Below, in pieces: positions 62,516-64,000 of a DNA stretch of 64,000 nucleotides. Below the pieces are notes generated by a model. That model was not told the origin of the DNA and did not search any database. It saw only the letters and a list, made by a program, of their open reading frames with translations. The position numbers and the translations under genes are program-made. The DNA comes from Prorocentrum cordatum (lineage: Eukaryota), in NCBI GenBank assembly GCA_963575745.1, contig CAUYUJ010000002.1:2294001-2358000 (forward strand). Direction: 5' to 3'. Within the stretch, counting starts at the first letter, position 1; each line of letters starts with the position of its first letter.

Positions 62516-64000
62516 ATGGCGTCCATCGCGGGAATTGTTCAGGAGATCCAGGACGTATCGCGTCTGATAGAAGTTCGAGGCCGCGGCGAAAAGGCACTCA
62601 ACGTCTGCGCGAACATGTGCAACAGCATCTGCTTGAAGATCGCTGGCCTGCAGTGGCAGGCAGGATTTGCGCTTCACCTCACCGAGGTGACAAGGTGTCA
62701 AAACATGTTGAGGCTCTCTGCATGAGGCTTTGCACGGAGCCTCGTGCAGTGTCGATTGGAAGGGAAAAAGGGGGGATGCAACAGCCGATACGATCGCATA
62801 TAAGATCACAATACCATAGGTGATCCAGAACAGCGTTCTGACGGACGCCATGAAGGATGCCCTTCAGGACGCCTGTGACCAACGGTCTACATCCCTCGCG
62901 GCGGCGGCTGCGGCGGGGGCCCTCATGCAAGTGCGCGGCGCTGGTGCGCCCACGCGCGATCAGCTCCTGCGGTGCCCCAACAACTACCTCACGAACAAGG
63001 GCTGCATTGCGCTCGAGATTCCTCGAGCCACCTGCGAGGAGCGCGACGAGATCGTCGTGATCAGGCTCGGCTCGGTTGGCCTTCGCCACGCGAACGAGGA
63101 CGGGCTGATCAAGTGGGTCATGTGCCTCCTCATTGACATCGAGCAGCGGCTCCACGGACACTGGCAGTCGTCCAGCGACATCTACAAGAGGGTAACCTGT
63201 GGGGAAATTCGACGTCCCCCCCCCCCCTCCCTCGGACGCCCAGGCCGCAAGAGCTACCAAGAGGCTACCAAGAGGCTACCAAGAAACACAGGATGACAGC
63301 CAAGAAGCCACAACCAAGAGCCCCGAGAGAGGATATAGATAGACCCAACCATGTCTTACAATGCCCCAGAACTGCCATCAAGATGCATCGCATGACGTGG
63401 TTTATGGGGTACCTGGTGGGTACTGTTTGAAGCAACGGAGGGACGATACACGATATCCCAGAAGACATCCCATAGCTTTGGGACCCATTGATATATATAT
63501 ATATGTGTGTGTGTGTGAATCTGCCACAGTACGCGTGCGATGTGTGCCGACATGCGCGTGGCGGGCGCATGAGGTGGTCTTCGGTGGAGTTCAGATGAAA
63601 CGTGTTCGTTGCGAACGATATGAGCGAAGGATTTGGGACGACATACCTTGCACCCCCAACGGAACACGTGGCGATGACGACCATGACGACGGAAGGGGTG
63701 ACGAGGTGGATGAGGAAACGGCTACCGAACGCCACGACCCAACAGTCCTGGATGGTTTGCACAGCTTTCTGCTAAATTCGCATTGGGTCGACCTTTATGA
63801 TCTCTTACCTCGCCCAACGAGGTGAAGCGCGTGAAGTCGTTGTTCACCAACCAGCAGCCCTGGGTGGGCACGTGCACCGATAGGTTCCCCGACGACCCCG
63901 TCGGCACGCACTTGATGAGTTTCTACTCGGCGGCAGATCCTCCGATCGCGCGGGCCAACCACTCGTGCGCGTACATCAGCCAGCACGTGCCGTTGCGTAG
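62516..64000 (+). CDS. Three-exon gene of unknown function, 3'-partial (exons 62516-62686, 62820-63191, 63822->64000)
   Basis: Introns 62687-62819 and 63192-63821 are GT-AG and phase 0; the spliced frame stays open: ..ALHLTE/VIQNSV..DIYKR/VKRVKSLF..HVPLR. Confidence 0.7.

Overview
GC-rich, repeat-dominated eukaryotic nuclear DNA, most likely from a dinoflagellate. Two retroelements begin with relics of the dinoflagellate spliced leader (SL) DCCGTAGCCATTTTGGCTCAAG (5469-5490 and 36224-36249). Most of the window is decayed transposable elements. (1) Three near-full-length non-LTR (LINE) retrotransposons plus fragments. One (minus strand, ~19243-34030) has the domain order RNase H - APE endonuclease - RT - Zn finger - C5 cytosine methyltransferase. 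(2) Two families of non-coding elements with DINE-1/Helentron (HINE)-like ends. Family A carries different internal satellites behind related termini and sits in T/A runs; family B forms a head-to-tail array with covarying terminal hairpins. (3) A ~3.4-kb-period tandem duplication bounded by family A copies. (4) A DIRS-type tyrosine recombinase remnant and many microsatellites. The right end holds a few host-like or unclassified coding segments, including a three-exon gene with phase-0 GT-AG introns running off the window. No rRNA, tRNA or CRISPR array was seen. All domain calls come from reading motifs by eye, not from database searches. Most long ORFs in the supplied track are artefacts of repeats and high GC.
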